A DNA stretch of 57,110 nt from Candidatus Adlerbacteria bacterium (GTDB taxonomy: Bacteria; Patescibacteriota; Minisyncoccia; Phycocordibacterales; SBAW01), in assembly GCA_027451965.1 (NCBI GenBank), contig DAIDHJ010000001.1, forward strand, positions 490,963-548,072, written 5' to 3'. Made by a program: the position numbers and the translations under genes. Shown one piece after another: positions 27,369 to 34,928 of the stretch. The notes beneath the pieces are model-generated. The model ran no database searches, was not told where the DNA came from, and was given only the letters and a program-made list of their open reading frames with translations. Position 1 is the first letter of the stretch. Each line of letters begins with the position of its first letter.

Positions 27369-29246
27369 CTAACGAATCTCAAAACCCTGATTGTGCAGAA
27401 GAGTCGCCAGCGATTCCATGATTTCATTTGCCTCCGTATCAAGAAGCGTTCGATCAAACGATTGAAAGATAAGTCGGAACGCATACGACGTTCTCCCTTC
27501 TTTAGTAAATGCATCGAACAACCGTACCGAGACGCATAACGTTCCGGCATGTTCGCGCAGGAGTGCTTCGATAGTATCTGCCGCAGTACTCTCCGGCACC
27601 CACAACGCAATATCTCGCACAATGAACGGATACTTCGAAAACGGCGCATAGCGAACAGAAAGTTTAGATGCAGGAGGATATGCAGCCGGTGCAGTAAGGT
27701 TCGCATATACAGGTGTAAGATCCACTTCCACCACTGTTCCTTTTGTCGTGTGTGAAAGTGATACGCCAAGGTATGCCGCGAGTGCAGAGAGGATCTCTTC
27801 GGCAGTGGATGCTTTTTTCATTGGTTCCACGGCGATTCCCATATGGATCTGTTCCGTTTCTCCTTGCCATACGGTCCCTATCTCAAACAGTCGCACCTGC
27901 GGGAGAGCGAGCAGTTCTTTGTTGCGGACATTCTTTTCAAGCGCTTCCATAAGTCCCTGAGCAAGCGAGCGCCGCAGGTAGGGCTTTTTCCCATCCACTT
28001 TGTTAAGCACCACCACATCTCCTTCATTGGAAAAAACCGAGTTGTACACTTCCGAACATCCATGCTCCAGGAGAAACGAACGAATCATTTCGTTCCAATA
28101 AAAACGAGGGTGGATTTCTGGCGCATGCGGAAATGATGGAAGCGGATCCGAAGGTACGTGGTCATAGCCGATGATACGCACTACTTCCTCAATGAGATCC
28201 GCGGGAAGAGTGAGATCGAGCCGCTCCTTGGGTACCAGTACCGTAAACACATCTCCTGCTTCAGTAAATGAAAATCCAAGCTTCGTAAAGGCGGTACGTA
28301 TGTCTTGCGGACCGAATGTCGGCACGTATTGCTGGAGCTCTGGTACGGACAATGATACCCGCGCGGGCGGCTGCGGTTCCGGATAGGCATCTACAACTCC
28401 TTCAAGCACCCCTCCGGCCAAACGCAGCAGATGTTCGATCGCATACTGCATGGCAACACCACACAGCTCCGGAGAAAGTTCCTGTTCAAACCGCTGTGAA
28501 GCATCGGTGCGTAATTTAAGCGCCTGCGCTGTCTTGCGCACCAGCACCGGATTGAATTGTGCAGATTCAAGAATGATGTCGGTCGTATGATCATCGATTG
28601 CCGCCGCACTCCCGCCTTTCACTCCCGCAATTCCTATCGCGGTATCGGTATGCGCATCGATGATAACCGGCATCTGTGCGGTAAGCGCATAGGTTTTACC
28701 GTCCAATGCACTGATCTCCTCTCCTGCATATGCACGGCGCACACCAAGCGCATATTTTTCCTCTTGAAGACGGAGCTTGTGCGCATCGAATGCGTGCATA
28801 GGCTGCCCGGTAGTGAACATGACGAAATTGGTGATATCTACCACGTTATTGATGGAGCGCTGTCCGATCGCTTCCAAACGCTCCTTGAGCCATTGCGGTG
28901 AAGGACCGACCGTGATGCCGCGCACGTAGCCGGCCATGTACCGCTTGCCGAGCACAGGATCAAGCGCAACGGAAATCGCATCGGTATGCGGGAACGCGTG
29001 TTCTGTGAACGGATCATGAGCGATCGGCACATCGCAGATAGCGGAGAGTTCCTTGGCGATACCGCGGTGCGAGAGACAATCATGTCCGCGATTAGGCGTC
29101 ACTTTCACATCGAGCACCCGATCATCCCCATGCGTTGCAACCGACTCTATCTCAAACGCGTGGAAGGTAAGCCCATCCGCAAGCGCTTCTGCATCGGGCA
29201 GCGGTGCATCAAAAAATGCTTGTAACCAACGGGTGCTGACTTTCAT
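27369..29246 (-). CDS. pheT: Phenylalanine--tRNA ligase beta subunit, short form (625 aa) lacking the OB-fold tRNA-binding insert
   Basis: MKVSTRWLQAFFDAPLPDAEALADGLTFHAFEIES is the PheT B1 domain and runs almost directly into VKVTPNRGHDCLSHRGIAKEL. ATG 29246 lies 1 nt after the pheS TAA stop. Confidence 0.9.
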   Translation of the reverse strand: MKVSTRWLQAFFDAPLPDAEALADGLTFHAFEIESVATHGDDRVLDVKVTPNRGHDCLSHRGIAKELSAICDVPIAHDPFTEHAFPHTDAISVALDPVLGKRYMAGYVRGITVGPSPQWLKERLEAIGQRSINNVVDITNFVMFTTGQPMHAFDAHKLRLQEEKYALGVRRAYAGEEISALDGKTYALTAQMPVIIDAHTDTAIGIAGVKGGSAAAIDDHTTDIILESAQFNPVLVRKTAQALKLRTDASQRFEQELSPELCGVAMQYAIEHLLRLAGGVLEGVVDAYPEPQPPARVSLSVPELQQYVPTFGPQDIRTAFTKLGFSFTEAGDVFTVLVPKERLDLTLPADLIEEVVRIIGYDHVPSDPLPSFPHAPEIHPRFYWNEMIRSFLLEHGCSEVYNSVFSNEGDVVVLNKVDGKKPYLRRSLAQGLMEALEKNVRNKELLALPQVRLFEIGTVWQGETEQIHMGIAVEPMKKASTAEEILSALAAYLGVSLSHTTKGTVVEVDLTPVYANLTAPAAYPPASKLSVRYAPFSKYPFIVRDIALWVPESTAADTIEALLREHAGTLCVSVRLFDAFTKEGRTSYAFRLIFQSFDRTLLDTEANEIMESLATLLHNQGFEIR

Positions 29247-29247
29247 A

Positions 29248-29982
29248 TTAAAACTGATTGATGAACCGCAGATCAGCAGAATGCATGAGCCGGACATCAT
29301 CAATGCCCCACATGAGCATAGCGATGCGGTCGAGTCCCGGACCGAATGCATAGCCGCGATAGCGCTTCGCATCCAGTCCGCAGTTCTCCAGCACGCGCGG
29401 ATGGACCATGCCTGCTCCGCCGACTTCTATCCATCGATCGCGCAGCTTTTCCGGTGCACTGCTTCCGGTGAGGCGCATATCGACTTCAAGCGACGGTTCC
29501 GTGAACGGAAAGAAGCTCGGACGGAACCGTATGTCCACATTGCTGTCGAAGAGATGCCCAAAAAATGTAGTGAACGTTCCCTTCAAGTGTGCGAGCGTGA
29601 TATCTTCACCGACTGCAAGTCCTTCAATCTGAAAAAATTCCGCTTCATGCGTCATATCAGTCGCTTCATTGCGGAAGCATTTTCCCGGCGCAATCACTCG
29701 ATACGGCGGCAGTATTCCTTGTTTTATCTGCTCAGTCATGTAGTGAATCTGGAGACCGGAGGTGTGAGTGCGCAACACTTCTCCTTCATGATCTTTGATG
29801 AAAAACGTATCCTGCATGTCGCGGGAAGGATGGTCTTTGGGAACATTGAGCGCATCGAAGTTATACCACTCGTTTTCAATGAGCGGTCCATCCACAAACG
29901 TGAATCCCATGGCAAAAAAAATCTCATTCGCGTGCCGAATCAGAGAAGAGATTGGATGCAGATGTCCAGGGATGTCCTGCAT
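29248..29982 (-). CDS. pheS: Phenylalanine--tRNA ligase alpha subunit, short form lacking the N-terminal coiled coil
   Basis: Class II motifs are present (HPISSLIRHANEIFFAMGF, NFDALNVPKDHPSRDMQDTF, RTHTSGLQ, FRNEATD). I chose ATG 29982 because a TATACT box lies 7 nt upstream. The track start at 30039 remains possible. Confidence 0.88.
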   Translation of the reverse strand: MQDIPGHLHPISSLIRHANEIFFAMGFTFVDGPLIENEWYNFDALNVPKDHPSRDMQDTFFIKDHEGEVLRTHTSGLQIHYMTEQIKQGILPPYRVIAPGKCFRNEATDMTHEAEFFQIEGLAVGEDITLAHLKGTFTTFFGHLFDSNVDIRFRPSFFPFTEPSLEVDMRLTGSSAPEKLRDRWIEVGGAGMVHPRVLENCGLDAKRYRGYAFGPGLDRIAMLMWGIDDVRLMHSADLRFINQF

Positions 29983-29989
29983 ACCACCC

Positions 29990-29995
29990 AGTATA
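29990..29995 (-). promoter_or_regulatory. TATACT -10 box 7 nt upstream of the pheS ATG (putative leaderless promoter)
   Basis: The minus strand reads CCGTATACT-GGGTGGT-ATG(29982). Confidence 0.4.
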
Positions 29996-30044
29996 CGGCA
30001 TAGCACTCTACTTTGCCCTAAAATATGGCTCTTTTTCACTTCTG

Positions 30045-30053
30045 TGGTATAGT
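30045..30053 (+). promoter_or_regulatory. Extended -10 box TGgTATAGT 7 nt upstream of the glycosyltransferase ATG (putative leaderless promoter)
   Basis: The sequence reads TGGTATAGT-ttttttc-ATG(30061). Confidence 0.45.
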
Positions 30054-30060
30054 TTTTTTC

Positions 30061-31296
30061 ATGGATACAGGGTCTCTGGGGATTTATATATTCCTGTTCA
30101 TCGCCCTCTACTTCGAGGTGTTTTTGCTTATGACCTTCCTGGAAAAGCGTCCAGAAAAGCCGACCAAGGTACTCCCTACCCGCTACCCGAGTGTATGCAT
30201 TCTCGTCCCCTGCTACAACGAAGAACAGACAATTATCGCCACGCTTGCATCGCTGCTTGCACTCGATTATCCCAAAGAGCAGCTCTCGATCATGGTCGTC
30301 GATGACGGATCAACCGATAACACCGCGGCAATCCTCACGCCGTTCATCGCACAGCACCCGCAGATCACCTATCACTACAAGCAAAACGGCGGAAAATATA
30401 CAGCTCTCAATTTCGGTATCACCCACACAACCGCCGAACTCGTGGGCTGCCTTGATGCGGATTCATTTGTTGCTCCAGACGCGCTCATGGAAATGGTAAA
30501 GCAGTTTGAGCGCGATAAGGATGTGTATGCGCTTACGCCGGCAATGAAAGTGTTCCATCCGAAAAACATCGTGGAGATGATGCAAGCGGTCGAGTACACT
30601 TTCGGTATTTTCTATAAAAAGATGTTCGATACTCTTTCCGCTATCACGGTAGTACCTGGACCGTTTTCCATCTATCGGCGAGACGTGTTCGATAAGATCG
30701 GCCTATTCCGTCGGGCGCATAATACGGAAGACATGGAAATCGCCTTCCGCATGCATGCGCATCATCTCAAAATCGGCATGGCACACAACGCGCATGTCTA
30801 CACAACAGTGCCGAAAACGATGCCCAGTCTCATCAAACAGCGTACCCGCTGGTCCCAAGGATACCTCCAGAATTCGCTTACGGAATATCGCTACATGTAC
30901 TTCAACCCCCGGTATGGCAACTTTGGGCTCTTGATACTGCCGTTTGGTATCACCTCCCTAGTGTCAGGGCTCTATACCGCCGGCTATGCCATCTATCGAT
31001 TCTTCTTTATCGGATGGACGAAACTTTCTGAACCGCTCGTTACCGGCATACCGCCCCATGTACCTGTCGTACATTTTGAATGGTTTTACGTGAATACTAG
31101 TATGCTTAATTTCCTCGTAGTGGTTGCCTTATGTACGACACTGACTACCATTCTGCTCGGACAGCGGATCGCACAGCAGAAGCTTCCGCTTCCTTGGATC
31201 ATGTATTACCTTCTGTTCTTCGGATTCATTGCGCCGTTTTGGTTGGTACGTGCCGCATGGGGCACCATCCGTGGTGCGGAGAGTAAGTGGAAATAA
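30061..31296 (+). CDS. Integral-membrane family-2 glycosyltransferase, processive synthase type (PgaC/NodC/cellulose-synthase-like)
   Basis: N-terminal TM helix. Motifs include ILVPCYNEE, VVDDGSTDNT, LDADS, TEDMEIAFR (TED) and QRTRWSQG (QxxRW). Several C-terminal TM helices follow. An alternative ATG lies at 30025. Confidence 0.85.
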   Translation: MDTGSLGIYIFLFIALYFEVFLLMTFLEKRPEKPTKVLPTRYPSVCILVPCYNEEQTIIATLASLLALDYPKEQLSIMVVDDGSTDNTAAILTPFIAQHPQITYHYKQNGGKYTALNFGITHTTAELVGCLDADSFVAPDALMEMVKQFERDKDVYALTPAMKVFHPKNIVEMMQAVEYTFGIFYKKMFDTLSAITVVPGPFSIYRRDVFDKIGLFRRAHNTEDMEIAFRMHAHHLKIGMAHNAHVYTTVPKTMPSLIKQRTRWSQGYLQNSLTEYRYMYFNPRYGNFGLLILPFGITSLVSGLYTAGYAIYRFFFIGWTKLSEPLVTGIPPHVPVVHFEWFYVNTSMLNFLVVVALCTTLTTILLGQRIAQQKLPLPWIMYYLLFFGFIAPFWLVRAAWGTIRGAESKWK

Positions 31297-31305
31297 TACC
31301 AATAT

Positions 31306-31980
31306 ATGCGCCTCACCCGCTATCTGATTGCACTGGGCATTACTGTCGCTATCTTTGCGACTGCCTTTTATATCGCCTCGCGCATCGATGCACAACGTAT
31401 CGCCGATATTCAAGCGGCTGAGGATCAGCTCTCGGTTGATCTGCTTTCCGAACAGACGCAGTTTGAACTGCTCGGTAATCTTGATTGTACGAGCATAGGA
31501 CAGCAGCCCATTCTGTCGGATGAGGTGAATTCCCTTGCCGAGCGCGTATCCACCGCCGAACAGAATCTCGGCTCTGATAATCCGCAGGTGATTGCACTCA
31601 AAAAACAGTATTCCCTCCTTGAGATCAGGGATTATGTTCTCCTGCAGCAGGAAACCCAGAAGTGTCCGAACCTCCATCCGGTCTATATTCTGTACTTCTA
31701 TTCAAATAACGGCGATTGTCCGGACTGTTCTCAGGCGGGAGACGTGCTGACCTATCTGCGACAAACGTATCCGTCGCTGCGCGTGTATGCATTTGACTAC
31801 CACCTGGATCTCTCGGCGCTGCAAACCCTCATCAAACTACGCAAAGTAACGGGACCTCTTCCTGCGTACGTGATAGACAGCAAGCAACCGGTATACGGAT
31901 TCAAAACGCTTCCGGAAATGGAAAAGTTGCTTCCGCTCAAACTGCTTGCTACGTCAACGGCTTCCACTACACGGCAGTAA
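31306..31980 (+). CDS. Membrane-anchored hypothetical protein with a thioredoxin-like CPDC motif
   Basis: N-terminal TM helix YLIALGITVAIFATAFYIA. The later stretch VYILYFYSNNGDCPDCSQAG has a CxxC in a beta-strand/loop context. The gene starts 10 nt after the glycosyltransferase stop. Confidence 0.6.
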   Translation: MRLTRYLIALGITVAIFATAFYIASRIDAQRIADIQAAEDQLSVDLLSEQTQFELLGNLDCTSIGQQPILSDEVNSLAERVSTAEQNLGSDNPQVIALKKQYSLLEIRDYVLLQQETQKCPNLHPVYILYFYSNNGDCPDCSQAGDVLTYLRQTYPSLRVYAFDYHLDLSALQTLIKLRKVTGPLPAYVIDSKQPVYGFKTLPEMEKLLPLKLLATSTASTTRQ

Positions 31981-31985
31981 TATCT

Positions 31986-32061
31986 TGGAGCCGAGACCGG
32001 GGCTTGAACCCGGGACCTACGGTTTACAAAACCGTTGCTCTACCAACTGAGCTATCTCGGC
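31986..32061 (-). tRNA. tRNA-Thr (anticodon UGU), CCA end encoded
   Basis: The minus strand reads GCCGAGA-TA-GCTC-AGTTGGTA-GAGC-A-ACGGT-TTTGTAA-ACCGT-AGGTC-CCGGG-TTCAAGC-CCCGG-TCTCGGC-T-CCA. This folds into a full 76-nt cloverleaf with anticodon TGT in the middle of the 7-nt loop. Confidence 0.9.
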
Positions 32062-32492
32062 GTATGCGGTTCCTTGAGATGCGTGCGGTGCATACCTGAG
32101 GCGAGCTTGCGCTTGTATTCCGCCACCTCCCGCAAAAAATCGGATACCGGCGCATTGCTTTCTTGCGGCACCGCTCCGCGCTGCAGCGTGTGCAGCGCCT
32201 GCTCAAGAGTGCGCTCGGTCCATAGAAGCGCTTGCGCGAGCGTGTGGCGCAGCCATTCACGCAGTGCCGGTCCTTCTTTTGCAATATAGTGCAAACACAG
32301 CTGCGGCAGTCCTTTTATCCATACCGCTGCTTTATGTGAGCTATGTGCAACGCGCGGGCGCAGCGAAGAAGCAAAAAGCTTTCTGCCTGTTTTAAGCTCC
32401 CATCGTTTAATGACGATGAGTGCGAGCATTCCTAGGATTGAACCGTAGAGTATGGAGGCTAACGCGAGCACCATAAAAATATTGTACTGCAC
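32052..32492 (-). CDS. Hypothetical membrane-anchored protein
   Basis: ORF immediately after tsf. The track start at 32492 is GTG, and an alternative ATG lies at 32474. N-terminal TM helix VLALASILYGSILGMLALIVI. The last 10 nt overlap the 5' end of tRNA-Thr. Confidence 0.45.
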   Translation of the reverse strand: MQYNIFMVLALASILYGSILGMLALIVIKRWELKTGRKLFASSLRPRVAHSSHKAAVWIKGLPQLCLHYIAKEGPALREWLRHTLAQALLWTERTLEQALHTLQRGAVPQESNAPVSDFLREVAEYKRKLASGMHRTHLKEPHTPR

Positions 32493-32495
32493 TTT

Positions 32496-32951
32496 TTACT
32501 GAACAGAAAAGACCGAAAATGATTCCAACATAATGCGCTCCCCGAACTTCTGCGTGCCATCTGCGATAAGATCTGCAATGGTTTTTCCTTCGTCTTTGAT
32601 AAAGGACTGTGCCAGAAGCGCTTCTGTATTCTCGGGGCGCATGGCAGCAGCATGCATAGCGATGTCACGGGCCAAAAGAGTGAATCCCTCATTCTTTGAT
32701 ACGAAGTCAGTCTCGCACAGGAGGAGCACTAGAGCACCTACTTGCCCGGTGGCGTGTACATACGCACCGACGGTGCCGGCTTGCAACGCTCGATCGGCTT
32801 TTTTGCTGAGCACGACTGCTGCACGCTCGCTCAGCACTGCACGGGCCTTGTCCATATCGCCTCCTGCCGCTTCAAGCGCTTTTTTGCACTCCATCACCGA
32901 TACGCCGGTGCTGTCGCGCAATAGCTTAATCATCTCTGTGGTAATTTCCAT
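32496..32951 (-). CDS. tsf: Elongation factor Ts, short form (151 aa)
   Basis: MEITTEMIKLLRDSTGVSVMECKKALEAAGGDMDKARAVL is the EF-Ts UBA-like N-terminus. The track start at 32960 is TTG; I prefer ATG 32951. The gene lies downstream of rpsB, as usual. Confidence 0.88.
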   Translation of the reverse strand: MEITTEMIKLLRDSTGVSVMECKKALEAAGGDMDKARAVLSERAAVVLSKKADRALQAGTVGAYVHATGQVGALVLLLCETDFVSKNEGFTLLARDIAMHAAAMRPENTEALLAQSFIKDEGKTIADLIADGTQKFGERIMLESFSVFSVQ

Positions 32952-32977
32952 AGATTGCAAGAAAGTATAAATAAGAA

Positions 32978-33682
32978 TTACTGCTGCTCCGGACGAACTC
33001 CTTGGTGTTTCGTGTAGGTATTCGCCACTTCCCCAACCAAATAGCTCAAACTCTGCACGGAAGCATCGTTTGCAGGAATAGGATAGGTCACCGTTGCAGC
33101 ATTGCAGTCATTATTGAGCACTGCAATAACCGGAATGTGCATCTTCACCGCTTCTTCCACCGCAATGTGCTCTTGCTTCGGATCGACGACAAAGAGCGCG
33201 TCAGGCAGTTTCTGCAGACTGCGAAGTCCGCCGAACATGCGCTCAAGATCCGCAATTTCTCGATCGATAAGCACTCGCTCGCGCTTGGTGAAGCGTGCTG
33301 CCAATTCTCCCTTTTCACGCATATCCGTGAGTTCCGCGAGACGTGCGAGACGCTTTTTGATTTCCGGAAAATTGGTGAGGGTACCGCCGATCCAGCGGGA
33401 GGCTACGTACGGTGCGCCGATTTTATCCGCTTCCTGACGGACTACATCGCGCGCTTCCGCCTTGCTGCTTACAAAGAGAATTGTTTTGCGCTCGCCGGCA
33501 AGACTTTGCACGAATGAGAGCGCTTCTGTGAGACAACGGGCGGTCTGCTCAAGATCAAAGAGCTCGACCGTTCCTTTCGTACCAAAAATGTAGGGTGTCG
33601 TAGACGGATGACGTCGAGAAGGCGCATACCCAAAGTGCGCTCCCACGGAAAAAAGCTTTTCTATTAGAGGATTATTGCTCAT
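32978..33682 (-). CDS. rpsB: 30S ribosomal protein S2
   Basis: LFSVGAHFGY...RWIGGTLTNF...PDALFVVDP are typical S2 motifs. Confidence 0.93.
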   Translation of the reverse strand: MSNNPLIEKLFSVGAHFGYAPSRRHPSTTPYIFGTKGTVELFDLEQTARCLTEALSFVQSLAGERKTILFVSSKAEARDVVRQEADKIGAPYVASRWIGGTLTNFPEIKKRLARLAELTDMREKGELAARFTKRERVLIDREIADLERMFGGLRSLQKLPDALFVVDPKQEHIAVEEAVKMHIPVIAVLNNDCNAATVTYPIPANDASVQSLSYLVGEVANTYTKHQGVRPEQQ

Positions 33683-33715
33683 AGGAACCGGTCCAATGTA
33701 GCACGAGAAATGGCG

Positions 33716-34675
33716 TTATGCAACCGATTCTTGGGCATGCTGCAGCGCTTCAATGAGCGGATTGAGGTTGCCGGCAAATATCGCCGGGAGGTTGTGCCAC
33801 GATTCTTTAATACGATGATCTGTCACGCGATCCTGCAATACGTTATAGGTACGGATCTTCTCGGATCGGTCCGCGGTACCGATCTGCTCTTTGCGTTCTG
33901 CAGCATGCTTCTGCGCTTCCTGTTCTTCCTGGAGCGCCTCTATTTTGGCAAGCAACACCTCCATTGCCCGTTCGCGGTTTGCCAATTGCGAACGTTCGCT
34001 TTGAGAGCGCGCGTCTAGTCCTGTGGGGATATGAATAAGACGCACGGCGGTCTCCACTTTATTGACGTTCTGTCCGCCAGCGCCTCCTGAGCGGGAAAAT
34101 TCCATTTCAATATCATTCGGATTGATCTCAACCTTATGCTTTTTGCGAATCGGCAGCATCGCGACTGAGGCAGTTGAGGTATGTATGCGTCCTGATTTTT
34201 CAGTTGCCGGCACGCGCTGGATACGATGCACGCCTGTCTCGAAGCGAAGCGCTTCATATGCTCCCTTTCCTTTTATTTCAAACACTGCTTCTTTGTAGCC
34301 GTTCAGGTCTGTTTTTGATTCTGAAAGAGTGCGCATACTCCATCCGCGCGAAAGCGCATAAGCCCGGTACATCTCCGCAAGCTCGTAGGCAAACAGTGCA
34401 GCTTCCTCGCCGCCCACTCCCGCGCGCACTTCCAGCACCACTTCATTGGGAAAGATTTCTTGACTTGCCTCCTGTGCAAGGATTTTCTCCATTTCAGCTT
34501 CAAGCGCTTCTCTCTGTTCGCGCAGTCGGTTCAGATCCTCCGCAGCCAAGGCACCGAGTTCTCCTTGCGCAAGCTCGGCAACTTCCCCCTCTTCTGCATG
34601 CACGCGCTCCCACTCCGCAGCCAAGTATGCGGTCTTCGGATTTTCCTTATAGCGGCTGAGATCCGCTTCTTGCAT
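33716..34675 (-). CDS. prfA: Peptide chain release factor 1 (short N-terminal domain)
   Basis: The GGQ motif lies in [24 protein letters not shown]. The RF1-type PxT tripeptide lies in [14 protein letters not shown]. Confidence 0.88.
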   Translation of the reverse strand: MQEADLSRYKENPKTAYLAAEWERVHAEEGEVAELAQGELGALAAEDLNRLREQREALEAEMEKILAQEASQEIFPNEVVLEVRAGVGGEEAALFAYELAEMYRAYALSRGWSMRTLSESKTDLNGYKEAVFEIKGKGAYEALRFETGVHRIQRVPATEKSGRIHTSTASVAMLPIRKKHKVEINPNDIEMEFSRSGGAGGQNVNKVETAVRLIHIPTGLDARSQSERSQLANRERAMEVLLAKIEALQEEQEAQKHAAERKEQIGTADRSEKIRTYNVLQDRVTDHRIKESWHNLPAIFAGNLNPLIEALQHAQESVA

Positions 34676-34891
34676 CTACTTTGTCTTCTTTGCAGCAGCG
34701 CGACGTGCCTTGAATCGCTCTACTCGACCAGCAGTATCCAAAATCTTTTCGTTTCCGGTATAGAACGGATGGCAAGCGCTGCAGATTTCAACGGAAATCT
34801 CCGGCATGGTAGAACCCGTGGTGAACGTATGCCCGCACACACAGTTAACTTTCGCCTTTGGATGATAGGTAGGATGTATATCGCTTTTCAT
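34676..34891 (-). CDS. rpmE: 50S ribosomal protein L31
   Basis: [10 protein letters not shown]...CVCGHTF...[10 protein letters not shown] matches L31 with its Cys motifs. The TAG stop abuts the prfA ATG. Confidence 0.9.
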   Translation of the reverse strand: MKSDIHPTYHPKAKVNCVCGHTFTTGSTMPEISVEICSACHPFYTGNEKILDTAGRVERFKARRAAAKKTK

Positions 34892-34897
34892 CGCTGC

Positions 34898-34906
34898 AAT
34901 ATATCA
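34898..34906 (-). promoter_or_regulatory. Extended -10 box TGaTATATT 6 nt upstream of the rpmE ATG (putative leaderless promoter)
   Basis: The minus strand reads GTGATATATT-GCAGCG-ATG(34891). Confidence 0.45.
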
Positions 34907-34928
34907 CAAAACCCTTATACTGCAACCC

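Noticed and set aside
29053-30003. 316-aa plus-strand ORF
   Set aside because: It lies antisense to pheT and pheS.
31986-32061. First reading of the tRNA anticodon as GTA (Tyr)
   Set aside because: Re-counting the arms (5-bp anticodon stem ACGGT/ACCGT, loop TTTGTAA) puts TGT at positions 34-36. The short variable arm also fits Thr rather than bacterial Tyr.
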